DNA of 64,000 bases, counting the filler, from Stramenopiles sp. TOSAG23-3 (taxonomy: Eukaryota): NCBI GenBank assembly GCA_900128585.1. It is 6 parts of 6 records of this genome, joined end to end, with 100 filler letters (N's around TTAATTAATTAA, not from the genome) between each part and the next. Parts side by side here need not be neighbours in the genome. Positions count along the whole stretch, not along the records: positions 1 to 15,004 come from LT642537.1; positions 15,105 to 30,077 come from LT642538.1; 4 more parts are not named here. One strand, written 5' to 3'. Position 1 is the first letter of the stretch, and the number at the start of each line of letters is the position of its first letter. Below the pieces are notes generated by a model, which saw nothing but the letters and a program-made list of their open reading frames with translations, made no database searches and was not told the DNA's origin. The translations under genes and the position numbers were made by a program. Below are positions 10,426 through 21,399 of this stretch, piece after piece.

Positions 10426-11059
10426 TGTTCTGTTGGTTTATTTGTATGTGTATGTGTTTATCGTATATATAGATAGATCGGTGTATGTCTGTGTATGCGC
10501 TGCTTTTGAATTTGAAACGGCTGGAAATGGTCCATTCCGTCGTTTTGGTGTGTGTTTAAATAGATTGTCTCGTCAGAGTGTCTCACAATGTAATACTACC
10601 AAAAAGTAAAATAATATAATTTAAAATAATAATAAAATACGACGAAGAAGAACGGAGTAGGAGGAACAGAGGAAGAACAAATAAGAACAAACGACCGAGA
10701 AGACATTATTATAGAAGAAAAAAGAAGAAAAAAAAAAGAAAGATAGAAGAAGAATGAGTTGTTGTTCTTTTTTATTTTTAAATACATCAACACAACACCA
10801 GAGGAAGGCATGAGAAGAAGAAGAAGAAGGATGTGATTGATTGAGGAAGATATAAATAAATAATTAAATGATGCATCCTATAATAATAACAGTTACACAG
10901 CATATATAGTCTATATAAACTATAAATATAAATAATAAATAAAATATGAAACACATTTGTTGTAATACTGAGTGAGGACTGAGGGATGCTATGTAATGTA
11001 AATAATTAAAAAAGCAAATTATTAATATAACTACAACAAAAAACAAGAAATTTCATCCA

Positions 11060-11258
11060 TTCTTCTTTCATCCTCCTTCCTTCTTCATTCTTCTTCTTTC
11101 TTTCTTCCTTCTTCATTCATTCTCTTCATTCTTCTTCTTTCATCTCTTCATTCTTCTTCCTTCTTCATTCATTCTTCTTCCTTCTTCTTTCTTCTTCTTC
11201 TTCTTCTTCTTCTTCTTCTTCTTCTTCTTCTTCTTCTTCTTCTTTCTTCTTCTTCTTC
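11060..11258 (+). repeat. (TTC)n microsatellite / pyrimidine tract
   Basis: Degenerate, then perfect, ttc repeats. Confidence 0.95.
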
Positions 11259-11497
11259 CGAATAATTATATGAATAATAATACTTTTTCGAATTATTGGT
11301 AATTATGGTATGTATTGAATGATTTTTTACGTACATTGATATATATTTGTATGATTGCTTAGGTGGTTGGGTGTGTTTATATTTGTTGTCGTCTCTGTTT
11401 GCGTTGTTTTACGTATCAATAGATTAAACATATACCGTACCGTACAAACCTTTCAGCACCGTATCATTTTCGAGGAGGGGCTGCGGGGGGTAAAGGG

Positions 11498-12889
11498 ATG
11501 GCGTTCCTGTTTTTGCCGACGGTGCACAACTATATATACCGGCAAACGCAGGCGGCGGCTGCAGCGTCGTTGCACGCCCAGGCCCGGAATGGCGGTCGTT
11601 CGCCCGTGGTCGAATCGGTGTGCACGACCGTTGCAGACATAGTAGTCATGTGCTCAAACTGCTCCCTCTTTTTCCACCTGGCCTGCCTCGTGTACTGGGG
11701 GCACGCATTGCCCCTGGGGAGGCAGGCCGTCAACGTGTGGGCGTGTTGCGTGTTCTTGTCTCACTATTTAAAGGACTTGCTGCTGATCCCGAAGATCACG
11801 AAAGTAGAACCGTCGTTACGGGCCGTGTGCAACAGCAAACGACTGAAGCGCGCATTTGCCGACTCGCGCACCACGTGGGACCTCCCCTGCGAGCCCATGT
11901 GCACGCTCGCGGCCATGCTGTCCATGTGCGCCGTGCTGGCGGCCTGCGTGTACCCGGGCTACACGGTATGGGTGTTTTTTAATGCGCTCCTTGTCTTTGC
12001 CTGCGCGTCGGGGAGCTTTGCATACCTCGGGCTCTACTCTTCTCCCTGTCTGTACACCAGCGCGGTCCTTGGGGGCGGGGTGGCCTGCTTGTGGGTGCAC
12101 TACGGGGACGCGCTGGAGGACACAATATTTTTGTGGGGGTCGTCGGCGATAGTCAACCTGCTCCTCACCCTGGCCTGCGCATTTTTCCTCCTTCTGGGGT
12201 ACCCCATCCCCTTCAAGTACTCCTACTCTTTCCCAAGGGTTGCCCGCGCCCTTGCGACGGCAACGGGGTTCATCGTTGGTGGAAACTCGTACGCTTTGCT
12301 GGCCAACCACCCAGGCGGTGGCACGAACGACTGTTACGGCAGCGTTCTACGGAATTTGAAAGTAGGCCTCTCGCAATTGCGGCGACAGGGTTTGTTGGGC
12401 CTGTCGGGCCTGTCGGGCCACGCCCTCACGGTGTCGCAAGAGTGCATGTACGACTCAGGAAAACGTGCAATGGGCGGCGTTGTTGTCGCGCTGATCCTTC
12501 GCCTCCTTGTCTCGCGGTTCGTACACTTCCAAGTTTCGCGGAGACTGCTGTTCTACTCCCCCTTTTTTCGGCCACGGCTGAGTGCGAATGCCGCCTCCGT
12601 ACTAGAAGGCTGCGACCACCGCTTCCTTCAAACGGTCGAGAAAGCGAGGGAGGACTTGTACGACGCCAGGCGACTTCGTCGGCAATTCGAGCTCGAGCGA
12701 CAAACAATGATTCGAAAGTCTGGTTCGAAACTAGGCAACAGAAAAGAGAAGCGGAAGAAGATGGAAGTCGCGGAAGGGCTGATTTACGAATACGCAGTGC
12801 CTACAAACATCGCACAAGGGGTGTTGGAAGGGCTGGTTTGCTCGTGTGTAGTGCCTTTTTCGCTGGATCTGTTGTTGAATCACAACTGA
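11498..12889 (+). CDS. Polytopic membrane protein resembling PAP2-type sphingosine-1-phosphate phosphatase, catalytic motifs degenerate
   Basis: Several TM helices. HYLKDLLLIPK, LPCEP and AYLGLYS sit where KxxxxxxRP, PSxH and SRxYLGxH would be. Confidence 0.6.
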   Translation: MAFLFLPTVHNYIYRQTQAAAAASLHAQARNGGRSPVVESVCTTVADIVVMCSNCSLFFHLACLVYWGHALPLGRQAVNVWACCVFLSHYLKDLLLIPKITKVEPSLRAVCNSKRLKRAFADSRTTWDLPCEPMCTLAAMLSMCAVLAACVYPGYTVWVFFNALLVFACASGSFAYLGLYSSPCLYTSAVLGGGVACLWVHYGDALEDTIFLWGSSAIVNLLLTLACAFFLLLGYPIPFKYSYSFPRVARALATATGFIVGGNSYALLANHPGGGTNDCYGSVLRNLKVGLSQLRRQGLLGLSGLSGHALTVSQECMYDSGKRAMGGVVVALILRLLVSRFVHFQVSRRLLFYSPFFRPRLSANAASVLEGCDHRFLQTVEKAREDLYDARRLRRQFELERQTMIRKSGSKLGNRKEKRKKMEVAEGLIYEYAVPTNIAQGVLEGLVCSCVVPFSLDLLLNHN

Positions 12890-13977
12890 AAACAAAAACT
12901 GGGGCCCTGTTATTTATGTTAGTATCATACAAACAAATTTACATAGCATATTAAGTACTCCAAATTTAGCCGCTGTTTGAACTCGGGGATGATGTAGAAA
13001 TGGATCCTACAGCTACCTCCGCTAAGTGTAACCGAGTGCTTCACCGGCCGGGTTTTCCAGCATTTGGACCCAATTTAAGAGACACTGATAATCTACCCCC
13101 CCCCCAACACCAAAAGAGTCGTACAGATCCAGGCAAACAAAAAACAATTCTAGCCGCTGTTCGAGTTTTGGTAATAAAGGGACGATTGATTCTCCAAGTG
13201 ACTCTGATGAGTTCGGAAAGGCGGATAAGATTACCAGGGACTTTGACTGGGAATTGGGTCGGTTTGTTGAGTACAGATCACCTTTAACAAGAAACGAAAT
13301 ATTATCACTTGGTAGTCATTCTTCTCATTGGGATATAAATAATTGCTCACCTCAGTACCTCAGTGATTGACAATTTAAACGAAAACGAAATTAAAAAATC
13401 AAATTAAACCATCAAGATAGGACTAGTCAGGTTTGGAACTGAAATCGTAATTGATATTAAAATGAGAGTCTTGACCTTAAAGTCAAAGCATACTTATAAT
13501 ATTTGCTTTTTATAAATTTCTTATCATACAAGTCGTATGCATATGTATAATAATTTGTTAATTTTATTAAACGGCGATAAAACGACGGTTAGCATATAAT
13601 ACGCGAAATTTATCTCTCGACAAATTTTTAATTACTTAAAAAACAGCCTTCATTTAGGAGCGAGCCATCGGACCAGGAAGTTGACTACGGGTCTTTTGCC
13701 ATTGACGCAAATCCACCTACCGATTCAAACCACGCATGGGGTACATCTGAACATGATAGTCAAGACTAAGTGACAAGGGTATATTGATTACTAAAATCAT
13801 CACAGTTGAGATCAGTTCGCAGTACATGAAGGAATGTAAAACTCTAATGGACAAATGCTGAGTAGATTCATTTTCAGCCCATTTTTTGTTTTTAATAACA
13901 GCAAATTTTTCTTTTTAATTCGGTGCACTTTTACATCAGCCTGCCCCTCACTGTGGGCAGGCAGCACTATATCTTCG

Positions 13978-15004
13978 TCAAGATTGAGGGTTTGCTGTTT
14001 CACCCGCGCAAGGGGTGGCAATCGTGCTTGTTTGCACTTTGCTCGATTGCGCCGTAGCCGGGTGGCCACACGACCCTTCTCGGCTCTTCTTGGCCGAGCA
14101 AATCGATGCCATTTTGAACTTAAAGTCATGCGGTAGGAAGCGTTCGGACAGGCACGCCAAAGGCACAGTATAATCCAGATTGGCTTCAATGCACTCGGTG
14201 ATAAATTCTGCCTGGGTCCTAAAGAATGACTGGAACTTCTCAAAATATTCTTCTTTTGTCAGAGCGCGCAAGGGTTGGTGTAATACCCATTCGATCGCTT
14301 TTGCTTGGAAGTTTGCTTTCTCTTGGCTGCTCATCGCTTTCCATCGCGCGTCTTGTCGGATAAACGTAGCCATGCGCCCCTTGTCAATTTCACCAGTATA
14401 TATTTGGCTGTATGCCTCACGGGTTTCTCGGAGAAACAGCCAGAACCCATCAATGTCACGGGGTGCGCCATGCAGGTACAGACCAGCCTCCCGTGCCCTA
14501 TATACTACATATTTCCAAGTCTTTCCGTGAAGAAATGCTCCCTGCAAGTCTGCCCACGTTGTCGACGGTTTGGCCTCTCGTATAAACTTTTGCAGGTGTG
14601 CATCATCCTGTTCCCCCCATCCCGTTTCAGTAATACTAAGTAGCACATCGCGCGCTAATGACCCATACTCTGCTTTCTCTTCTGAACACATGCTGTTCCA
14701 AGTCTCTTCCAGTTGCTCGGTGCTCAAATTGCCCTCCTGTTTGGCCTCGAAAATCTCTTTTGCGACCGGGGGTAAGGGCAAAAGGTACCCGAACCTGCGC
14801 GCAATCGTGATGCATTTGTTCTTGTCCAAGGAACTGCCGTGCATAACTTCCAGAAAACTCCATGTAAATTCTTTCTTCGTTTGGCAGACTAATTGTATTA
14901 ACCCTGCCAATGCGCGCGAGCCATCGTCCGCTCTGCTCCTGCTTGTCGAAATGGCAGCAGCGCCGTCGGCTTCGTGCGTAATGTTCGCAGTGGAGTCGCC
15001 CGAC
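13978..15004 (-). CDS. HMG-box protein, 5'-truncated at contig end
   Basis: The frame stays open to the linker. HMG-like segments WNSMCSEEKAEY and APRDIDGFWLFLRE...RWKAMSSQEKANF; possible Myb-like WGEQDDAHL. Confidence 0.65.
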
Positions 15005-15104
15005 NNNNNNNNNNNNNNNNNNNNNNNNNNNNNNNNNNNNNNNNNNNNTTAATTAATTAANNNNNNNNNNNNNNNNNNNNNNNNNNNNNNNNNNNNNNNN
15101 NNNN
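15005..15104. other. Artificial contig-joining linker (N44-TTAATTAATTAA-N44)
   Basis: The same 100-nt construct, with stops in all six frames, appears five times. Confidence 0.97.
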
Positions 15105-15105
15105 C

Positions 15106-16251
15106 ACCAAAAAAATGGGGAGAGGCGTTCTGAGCGGCCAAGAATGGTACTCACAGTCCGCTCATAGGGCTATCAACCAGGCCGTTGGGCGTGTGATTCG
15201 ACACCGGTACGACTATGGGGCTGTATTTTTGTGCGACGAGCGATTCGGCAGCCCCCGAGGCATTCGGGGTATGTCCAAATGGCTAAAACCACTCTGTCGG
15301 CATTTTTCTTCCTTTGGAGAAGCCAGCGGGTCTGCTGCGCGCTTCTTTAAAATGGCAAGGTCTACCCCTGAATGGAACTCTAAGGGGAAAAAATCTTCTG
15401 CCGCTAAACCTTCGGCTGCGCTGGACACTAGCCTGAGCTCTGGGAGAGTGCCCGCCGCCATGGCGACGGGAATGAAACCATCGTCATCTTCGTCTCAATC
15501 TAAACCCAAAGCCGAGGGCGAAATTTTCTCGGGGGTAAGCAGCATCGTTCGCATGTACAAGTTGGACAGAAAAGATGCCCATTTGTACTCTGGACTTTCT
15601 CCACAAAACGGAAACAACACGTCGATTCTGGACGTGCTGACTAACAAAAAAAAAGGCAATATTTACAGCGGGCAGCTGCGGCAGGGTGGTATTTTTGGAA
15701 ATGCTGCTGACTCCTCTGGCAGTTTCGGCCACGGACCGCTTGGTTCTACGCTTTCTTCGCAGCAAGGGGCAATGGCTGTTCAGAACGCGCTGCCTCAAAA
15801 ACGTTCTCTCAACGACGTGGAAAAGGAAAAAAGAAGGGAAACGGCGCTGGATGCGAAGCTTGCAAAATTGAGAGGTCCGAGAGGAACAGTGGCAGGCCCA
15901 CAATCGTCAGCCGCGCCCAGCAAATCAGAGGCAAAGAGTGTGCACGCAGACGCAAAGAAAGCACCCACAGCAAAAAGCGAAAATTTTGCAGCGAAGTTCG
16001 TCCAAAACATCAAGAAGATGTTTGACCGTTCAGACTATGTTATGTTTCGAAATAACTTGAAAACTTTAAGCAAAGTCAAGAAAAGTGGGGACAACCCAGA
16101 GAACAGGAGCAAAGGCCTGGTTGCCCTCCGTGCCCTGCGGGATACATTCCGGCAATACAATGACGAAGACCCAGAGCTTCTTTCAAAATTTTTGCCCTTT
16201 GTTCCCAAAATGTGCAGGGGTGATTTCAAGCGTCTTTTGAACAGCAATTGA
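15106..16251 (+). CDS. RTEL1: RTEL1-like DNA helicase, C-terminal part (helicase_C_2 end plus harmonin-N-like domain), 5'-truncated
   Basis: LSGQEWYSQSAHRAINQAVGRVIRHRYDYGAVFLCDERF matches XPD-family motif VI. The C-terminal FVQNIKK...YVMF...LLSKFLPFVP resembles the RTEL1 HHD. Confidence 0.82.
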   Translation, partial: TKKMGRGVLSGQEWYSQSAHRAINQAVGRVIRHRYDYGAVFLCDERFGSPRGIRGMSKWLKPLCRHFSSFGEASGSAARFFKMARSTPEWNSKGKKSSAAKPSAALDTSLSSGRVPAAMATGMKPSSSSSQSKPKAEGEIFSGVSSIVRMYKLDRKDAHLYSGLSPQNGNNTSILDVLTNKKKGNIYSGQLRQGGIFGNAADSSGSFGHGPLGSTLSSQQGAMAVQNALPQKRSLNDVEKEKRRETALDAKLAKLRGPRGTVAGPQSSAAPSKSEAKSVHADAKKAPTAKSENFAAKFVQNIKKMFDRSDYVMFRNNLKTLSKVKKSGDNPENRSKGLVALRALRDTFRQYNDEDPELLSKFLPFVPKMCRGDFKRLLNSN

Positions 16252-16798
16252 AAGTTTTTTGAAAAGAAAGATTAGATATGTTGGGCTGTTGTGGTAATAA
16301 ATTATGTACGAAGTACCCATTTACTAGAGGATCTCAGTCTTACTCATTCATCAGTGACGTACACAATATTAATATCTATCTTTTACTTAAATAACAGCCA
16401 ATTTTCTTGTTTCCACCACCACCACCCATACGTACTCGTAGTCTTTAAAAATCTTCATCATCGATCGCATAAGGCTCTTCCGTGCGACAACAGGGACACA
16501 CCATCATGGCGGTGGTGGTGACAACACGTTCTACGACACCACAGCTGCTACTCTGATATAAATATATCGCTCTATCAGAGAGCTAAAAAAAAATAATTAT
16601 TATTTAATCGAGACTTTAGAGAGAGACTATTTGAAAGAAAATAATATAATATTTTTTATTACTGTTGTGTTGAATTTGTTGTAATGATTAACTAGAAAGC
16701 TGAATAAGGAATCCTTTTTAACAATTTTGTTAAAGTATTTCATTGATAAAATTAAAGGAGGGATTACCATTTGTGTAGGTAAAATATTTAAAGGAACT

Positions 16799-18361
16799 AT
16801 GCCGGGAATGCGTTCTGAAACGGGAACGCCTGTCTTGTCTGATGATCAAATCAACAACCTGCTCATGAGACCATCGCCGGCGGGTTCGGTCCCGTCGAAT
16901 TCTCCCCACGTATCGCAAAGTCGATCTGCTACGCGAACAGGTCCTTTGTACAAAACATCTATGCTCGCTTCTTCACCTGCAACTGTGCCGTCTGAAACAA
17001 GGGGTAATAAATCGCTGCAGAATGGGCTTACATCGTCGAGTAGACTGCTGACAACTGAACCTGGGGAAACGGAACTTCTGGACGAGGACTCGTCGTCCTG
17101 CTTTAACATTTTTCTCTTGTTGAAGGTCTTGTTTTTTCTTGGGGGGCTCTCCGGCTCAACGTGGGGAAGATATTGCACTATTTTTTATGCAAGTAAAGGC
17201 CTGGATCCGTTTCAAATAGGCGTTATCGGCGGAACAATGCCGTTCGTCCAACTGATAGCTCAGCCGTTTTGGGGGGTTATTGCTGACAAATTCCGAAACA
17301 GGAAGCTTGTGTTTATGTTCACCTCTGCTTTGTCCACGTTGTCCATTCTGAGCTTAGCATACGACGAATTCTCTGACCGGTACTGGAAAATATTATTAAT
17401 TTCGGCAATTACGTCTGCGTTCGTAAGCGGGGGAATCATTGATGCGTATGCCGTTGACGAGTTAAAAAAGCGGGGCAGAGCAGATGATTACGGGCGCTTG
17501 CGCTTGTGGGCGGCTGTCTCGTGGGGATCCGGGAACTGTATTATGGGTTTCATCACAGACAAGTATGGGTTTTCTTCCGTGTTTTACATCTTTGGTGGGT
17601 TCCAATTTTTCAACTTGGTTTTGACCGGCTATTTTATCCCAGATCGCACGGTGGACGAGGCAGCCGCGATCGTCGGAGGCAAAAGCAGCCCTCCGCTGAG
17701 TGTGCTTCTTGTAGCATTGACCCGCATGCGAGTGCTGGTGTTGCTAATATTGATCGGTGTGTTTGGCGCAGGGTTCGCGGTAGTGGACCGGTTGCTCTTC
17801 GTTTACTTGATAGATTCGTTCCAAGCCTCGAAATTGTTGTGCGGCCTTACTGTTGGCATGACGGTCTTATTTGAATTGCCTATTTTTTATTATGGAAAAT
17901 CGATTTTGAAAACGATGGGCCCCCAGGTTATGATGGCCATTGCAATGGTTGCTTTTTTAATCCGTATGTTTGGGTATGCAATTTTGACAAAAGAAACCCT
18001 TAACTACATATTGCTCCTGGAACTTCTCCATGGCCTAACGTTTGCTATGATGTGGACTGCAACTGTGAGCATTGTAAGCAAGATTTCTCCGGCAGGGTGG
18101 AAAACAGCGACGATGACGATCGTCCAAGCGTTCATGTATTGCTTAGGGGGAGGCACGGGGTCTATTGTTGGAGGCTGGGCTGCCCAACGTTATGGGTTTC
18201 AAACGATGTACAGGGGCACAGGGGTTTTATTTTGTGCAGTTCTGTTGGTTCATTTGACAGCGTGGGGGTGTGGGCTTTTTAACTTTGGAGACATCAAGGA
18301 TGAGAGAAAGCAAGAAGATGACAGCGGCGCTCAGTACGGAGCACTTGAAAATGCAGAATAA
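16799..18361 (+). CDS. Major facilitator superfamily transporter, MFSD6/MFS_1_like
   Basis: About 12 hydrophobic segments; PFWGVIADKF, YGRLRLWAAVSWG, FELPIF and ELLHGLTF. Likely ATG at 16799. Confidence 0.9.
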   Translation: MPGMRSETGTPVLSDDQINNLLMRPSPAGSVPSNSPHVSQSRSATRTGPLYKTSMLASSPATVPSETRGNKSLQNGLTSSSRLLTTEPGETELLDEDSSSCFNIFLLLKVLFFLGGLSGSTWGRYCTIFYASKGLDPFQIGVIGGTMPFVQLIAQPFWGVIADKFRNRKLVFMFTSALSTLSILSLAYDEFSDRYWKILLISAITSAFVSGGIIDAYAVDELKKRGRADDYGRLRLWAAVSWGSGNCIMGFITDKYGFSSVFYIFGGFQFFNLVLTGYFIPDRTVDEAAAIVGGKSSPPLSVLLVALTRMRVLVLLILIGVFGAGFAVVDRLLFVYLIDSFQASKLLCGLTVGMTVLFELPIFYYGKSILKTMGPQVMMAIAMVAFLIRMFGYAILTKETLNYILLLELLHGLTFAMMWTATVSIVSKISPAGWKTATMTIVQAFMYCLGGGTGSIVGGWAAQRYGFQTMYRGTGVLFCAVLLVHLTAWGCGLFNFGDIKDERKQEDDSGAQYGALENAE

Positions 18362-18840
18362 AATGGGGCGATGTACATCTCAACAATAATTCGTACACAG
18401 TATTATACCAAGTAACCGCAGTATTTTGTAGTACCGAAATTAATATAGTGAGGAGCGCGGTATTGTAATAAAAACCGAAAAAATATTATAATATTTAATG
18501 TTAAAAAAACTTTATTTTAATTACTTAATAAAAATAACAGTCATAGCCAAATTAGATCCGAAAATCGGTGAAGTGGTTGTCTCCTATTGCCTGTACTTTT
18601 TCACTAGGCGCAAATGTCCAGGCACAGAGCACCGACTAACTTTTGGGGGGCATTTTTTTTGCTATACGGATTTTTAGTTAACAATTCAAAAAAACTAATA
18701 ATCGCATTTTCAATTGCGCTTTGGTATAATTCAAACCAATTATTGACCCACTGCAGCAGTATAAAATCGTGCACAATTTTTACTGACTCTGCTACGATAT
18801 GGCCAAAACGCTTTTTCATTGACATTTTGACTGTGTGAAA

Positions 18841-21315
18841 ATGATCCAAACAATTATTTTCTGTATTTTTGTCGGCGTCGCCGGGTGGTTGGTGCGAAGC
18901 GCTGGTGCAGTGGCCGCCTGGGACACAGTGACCTTCGATAAGCCCACGTCCGAGCCTGGCAAGAACGTTGGGGGGATGCCAATAATCTCAGGAGGAATGC
19001 CGATTGGAAATGGAGAAACGACGGCGCTTGTGTTTCCTCTGATAGATCCTTTGGTGGCCACAGGCGGGTTCCAACTCGAACCGGGCGTGCATTTGTGGAT
19101 TGGAATGACTACTGCCATGGCCTCCGATCAAAGTTTGATGCCGCTGGCTGTAGTGTCCGTTGTCACGAAGCCACCGTTGGGGACAGAAGCCTTCGCTCAG
19201 ACCTTGCACCTCCGAAATGCAAGCGTTGAGGTCAAAACACCAAAAGGAAGCGTCGCAATTTGGGTGGATGCACTCACCAATAAAATAACTGTTCGCGCCA
19301 ATTTGGCGGTTGAAAGTGAAGTAACAGTCACCCTTAAGTCGCTTCGACCAAGTCGCCGGTTTGTGTACGGTGGAAGGTGCTACAACGCGACAGCGGCGGC
19401 TGACGAATTTATGCCACAATATGACGGCACAAATTCGATCGGGTTGTCGCATAGAAACATGGATGAGGATCTTTCCTGGCAAAACGAGCCAGGGTTCTTC
19501 AATTCCACGCTAAAACAGCAGGGCCTCGGGGCATTTGCAGAAAACCTCCAAGCAGGCGACCGCTGGAGACATCGACAGTTCGGTCTGGTGGCGTCCGGCA
19601 GTGGGTTTGTCACCAGAAATTCCAGCAGCCTTGTCGCTGTAAGTACTAAAACGGCAGATGTGACCATCACCACATTGTCTCGGCAAACGAGCACTCCAGA
19701 AGAGTGGCAAACGGAGATTGCCACGATGCATCGAGAGCATCTCGCAGATGACTCTGCGAAGGCATTTGCTTCGCATGATTCTTTCTGGAAATCCTTTTGG
19801 AACAACTCGCACATTTGGGTGTCGTCGGGCAACCAAAGCAACGCTGGCCAACATGACGCGTTGACAACACGATACGCACAAAACCGTTATGTACAGGCCA
19901 TTCAGGCGGGCACGTGGGTTCCGATTAAATTTAATGGTATGACATTCATGCCGCAATTGCCTCCGGACACGATCAATACAGGGCCTGCCTTTCGGGAATG
20001 GGGGTCCAGTAATTGGTGGCAGAACACCCGACTTGCATACTGGAATATGGCAGCTGCTGGTGACTTTTCACAACTTCGTACCATCTTTGACTACTACCTG
20101 CAAATGATCCCTTTTCTGGAAACGCGCACTGCGGCCGCTTTTAACCATTCAGGGCTCTATGTAACAGAAACGAAAACACTTTTCGGGGCGTATGATCCGT
20201 GTGACTACGGCACCGCAGCGGAGAATCGTTCTGAGTCCGACCTCAATTTTGGATACGAAGAGTCTCGATTTCTAAAGTTTGATTTCGGCGGCGATGCAGG
20301 ACTCCCAGAGCTTTGTGTGATGTTGCTTGACTACTATGCGTACACTCTGGACGATGATGCTATGGCAATGTACATGCCACTTCTAACAGGGACGTTAGAT
20401 TTTTTTGCCAGGCACTACGGGGATGTAGAACGTCTTGCTGCATCTGATCTGCAGCTCAACATCTTTCCGGCACAGGCTCTCGAAACGTATCAGTGCCCGA
20501 TTTGGCCTGCCACCGATTTCAACTGTCCGACGAACGACCACCCCACCGTGGCGGCACTGTATGTGCTGACAGAGAGGGCCCAAGAACTTCCACTCCGCTT
20601 TTCAACAGAGGCGCAAAGAGCCCAATGGTTAGCACTGGAGAAAGTATTGCCTGCCATACCCATGACAACAGAGAACGGCATCAGCGTGGTCTCCCCATAC
20701 GAAACATTTGATCGGCCAAGCACCCAACATTTGTCAAATGATGAAACCCCGGAGCTGTATTCGACCCATCCATTCAGACTCTTTACTTTGGGCAGATCTC
20801 GTCTGCCCGGAAACCGCAAACGAAACATTGCGCCATCGATTTACTGTCTTGAAACATCACAAAGACAAACCTGCAGAAATGCAGACCTTAACACAGGCTG
20901 GGTACAGGGGCTTTTGAATGCGGCGCTGCTAGGGCGCGCCAAAAAGGCCGCGGAGGACACCCTCGCTCGAGCCCAAACACCACCCGCAAAGGGTTATCGG
21001 TTTCCTGCTTTTGCCCCCCATGAGCAAGACTATGAACCCTCGGAGGATCATTTGGCCAACATGGCAACAGCGCTTCAGCTGATGCTGCTGTCCCCTGCGG
21101 ATGATGGGCTGAATGGTGGCGGCGCTCTACTATTCCCAGCTTGGCCCTGCAGCTGGGACGTTGATTTTAAGATCAGGGCGCCACGGAACACTACCGTATC
21201 TGGGAAGTTTGCCCAGGGAAAACTTTTGGAGCTGATTGTGGCACCGCCTGAGCGCAAAGCGTTCATTGAGGTGTTGCCGTGTCAAGACATTGGTGACACA
21301 AGTAGATTAGACTAG
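18841..21315 (+). CDS. Secreted DUF5703-family, GH95-like (alpha/alpha)6 glycoside hydrolase candidate
   Basis: Signal peptide; GGMPIGNG, PIKFNG, WWQNTRLAYW, QALETY, ETPELY, LFPAWP and WDVDFK, as recalled for bacterial DUF5703 proteins. Confidence 0.78.
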   Translation: MIQTIIFCIFVGVAGWLVRSAGAVAAWDTVTFDKPTSEPGKNVGGMPIISGGMPIGNGETTALVFPLIDPLVATGGFQLEPGVHLWIGMTTAMASDQSLMPLAVVSVVTKPPLGTEAFAQTLHLRNASVEVKTPKGSVAIWVDALTNKITVRANLAVESEVTVTLKSLRPSRRFVYGGRCYNATAAADEFMPQYDGTNSIGLSHRNMDEDLSWQNEPGFFNSTLKQQGLGAFAENLQAGDRWRHRQFGLVASGSGFVTRNSSSLVAVSTKTADVTITTLSRQTSTPEEWQTEIATMHREHLADDSAKAFASHDSFWKSFWNNSHIWVSSGNQSNAGQHDALTTRYAQNRYVQAIQAGTWVPIKFNGMTFMPQLPPDTINTGPAFREWGSSNWWQNTRLAYWNMAAAGDFSQLRTIFDYYLQMIPFLETRTAAAFNHSGLYVTETKTLFGAYDPCDYGTAAENRSESDLNFGYEESRFLKFDFGGDAGLPELCVMLLDYYAYTLDDDAMAMYMPLLTGTLDFFARHYGDVERLAASDLQLNIFPAQALETYQCPIWPATDFNCPTNDHPTVAALYVLTERAQELPLRFSTEAQRAQWLALEKVLPAIPMTTENGISVVSPYETFDRPSTQHLSNDETPELYSTHPFRLFTLGRSRLPGNRKRNIAPSIYCLETSQRQTCRNADLNTGWVQGLLNAALLGRAKKAAEDTLARAQTPPAKGYRFPAFAPHEQDYEPSEDHLANMATALQLMLLSPADDGLNGGGALLFPAWPCSWDVDFKIRAPRNTTVSGKFAQGKLLELIVAPPERKAFIEVLPCQDIGDTSRLD

Positions 21316-21399
21316 ACCAAACTTGGAAAAAATATATTTCATTTAGTTTAATATTAAAAACAAACACCGGTGGCGGTTATTTATGTGTATTTAAAATAT

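Noticed and set aside
13000-13460. Moderate-GC stretch with short open frames (e.g. DEFGKADKITRDFDWELGRFVEY)
   Set aside because: Possibly a gene relic, but there is no start, motif or recognisable family.
13812-14243. Overlapping alternative frame at the 3' end of the HMG-box gene
   Set aside because: Neither frame shows a recognisable motif, so a frameshift cannot be supported.
15005-15104. TTAATTAATTAA palindromes recurring about every 15 kb
   Set aside because: Always centred in exactly 88 Ns with six-frame stops. This is a concatenation linker, not biology, so no cross-linker gene clusters were inferred.
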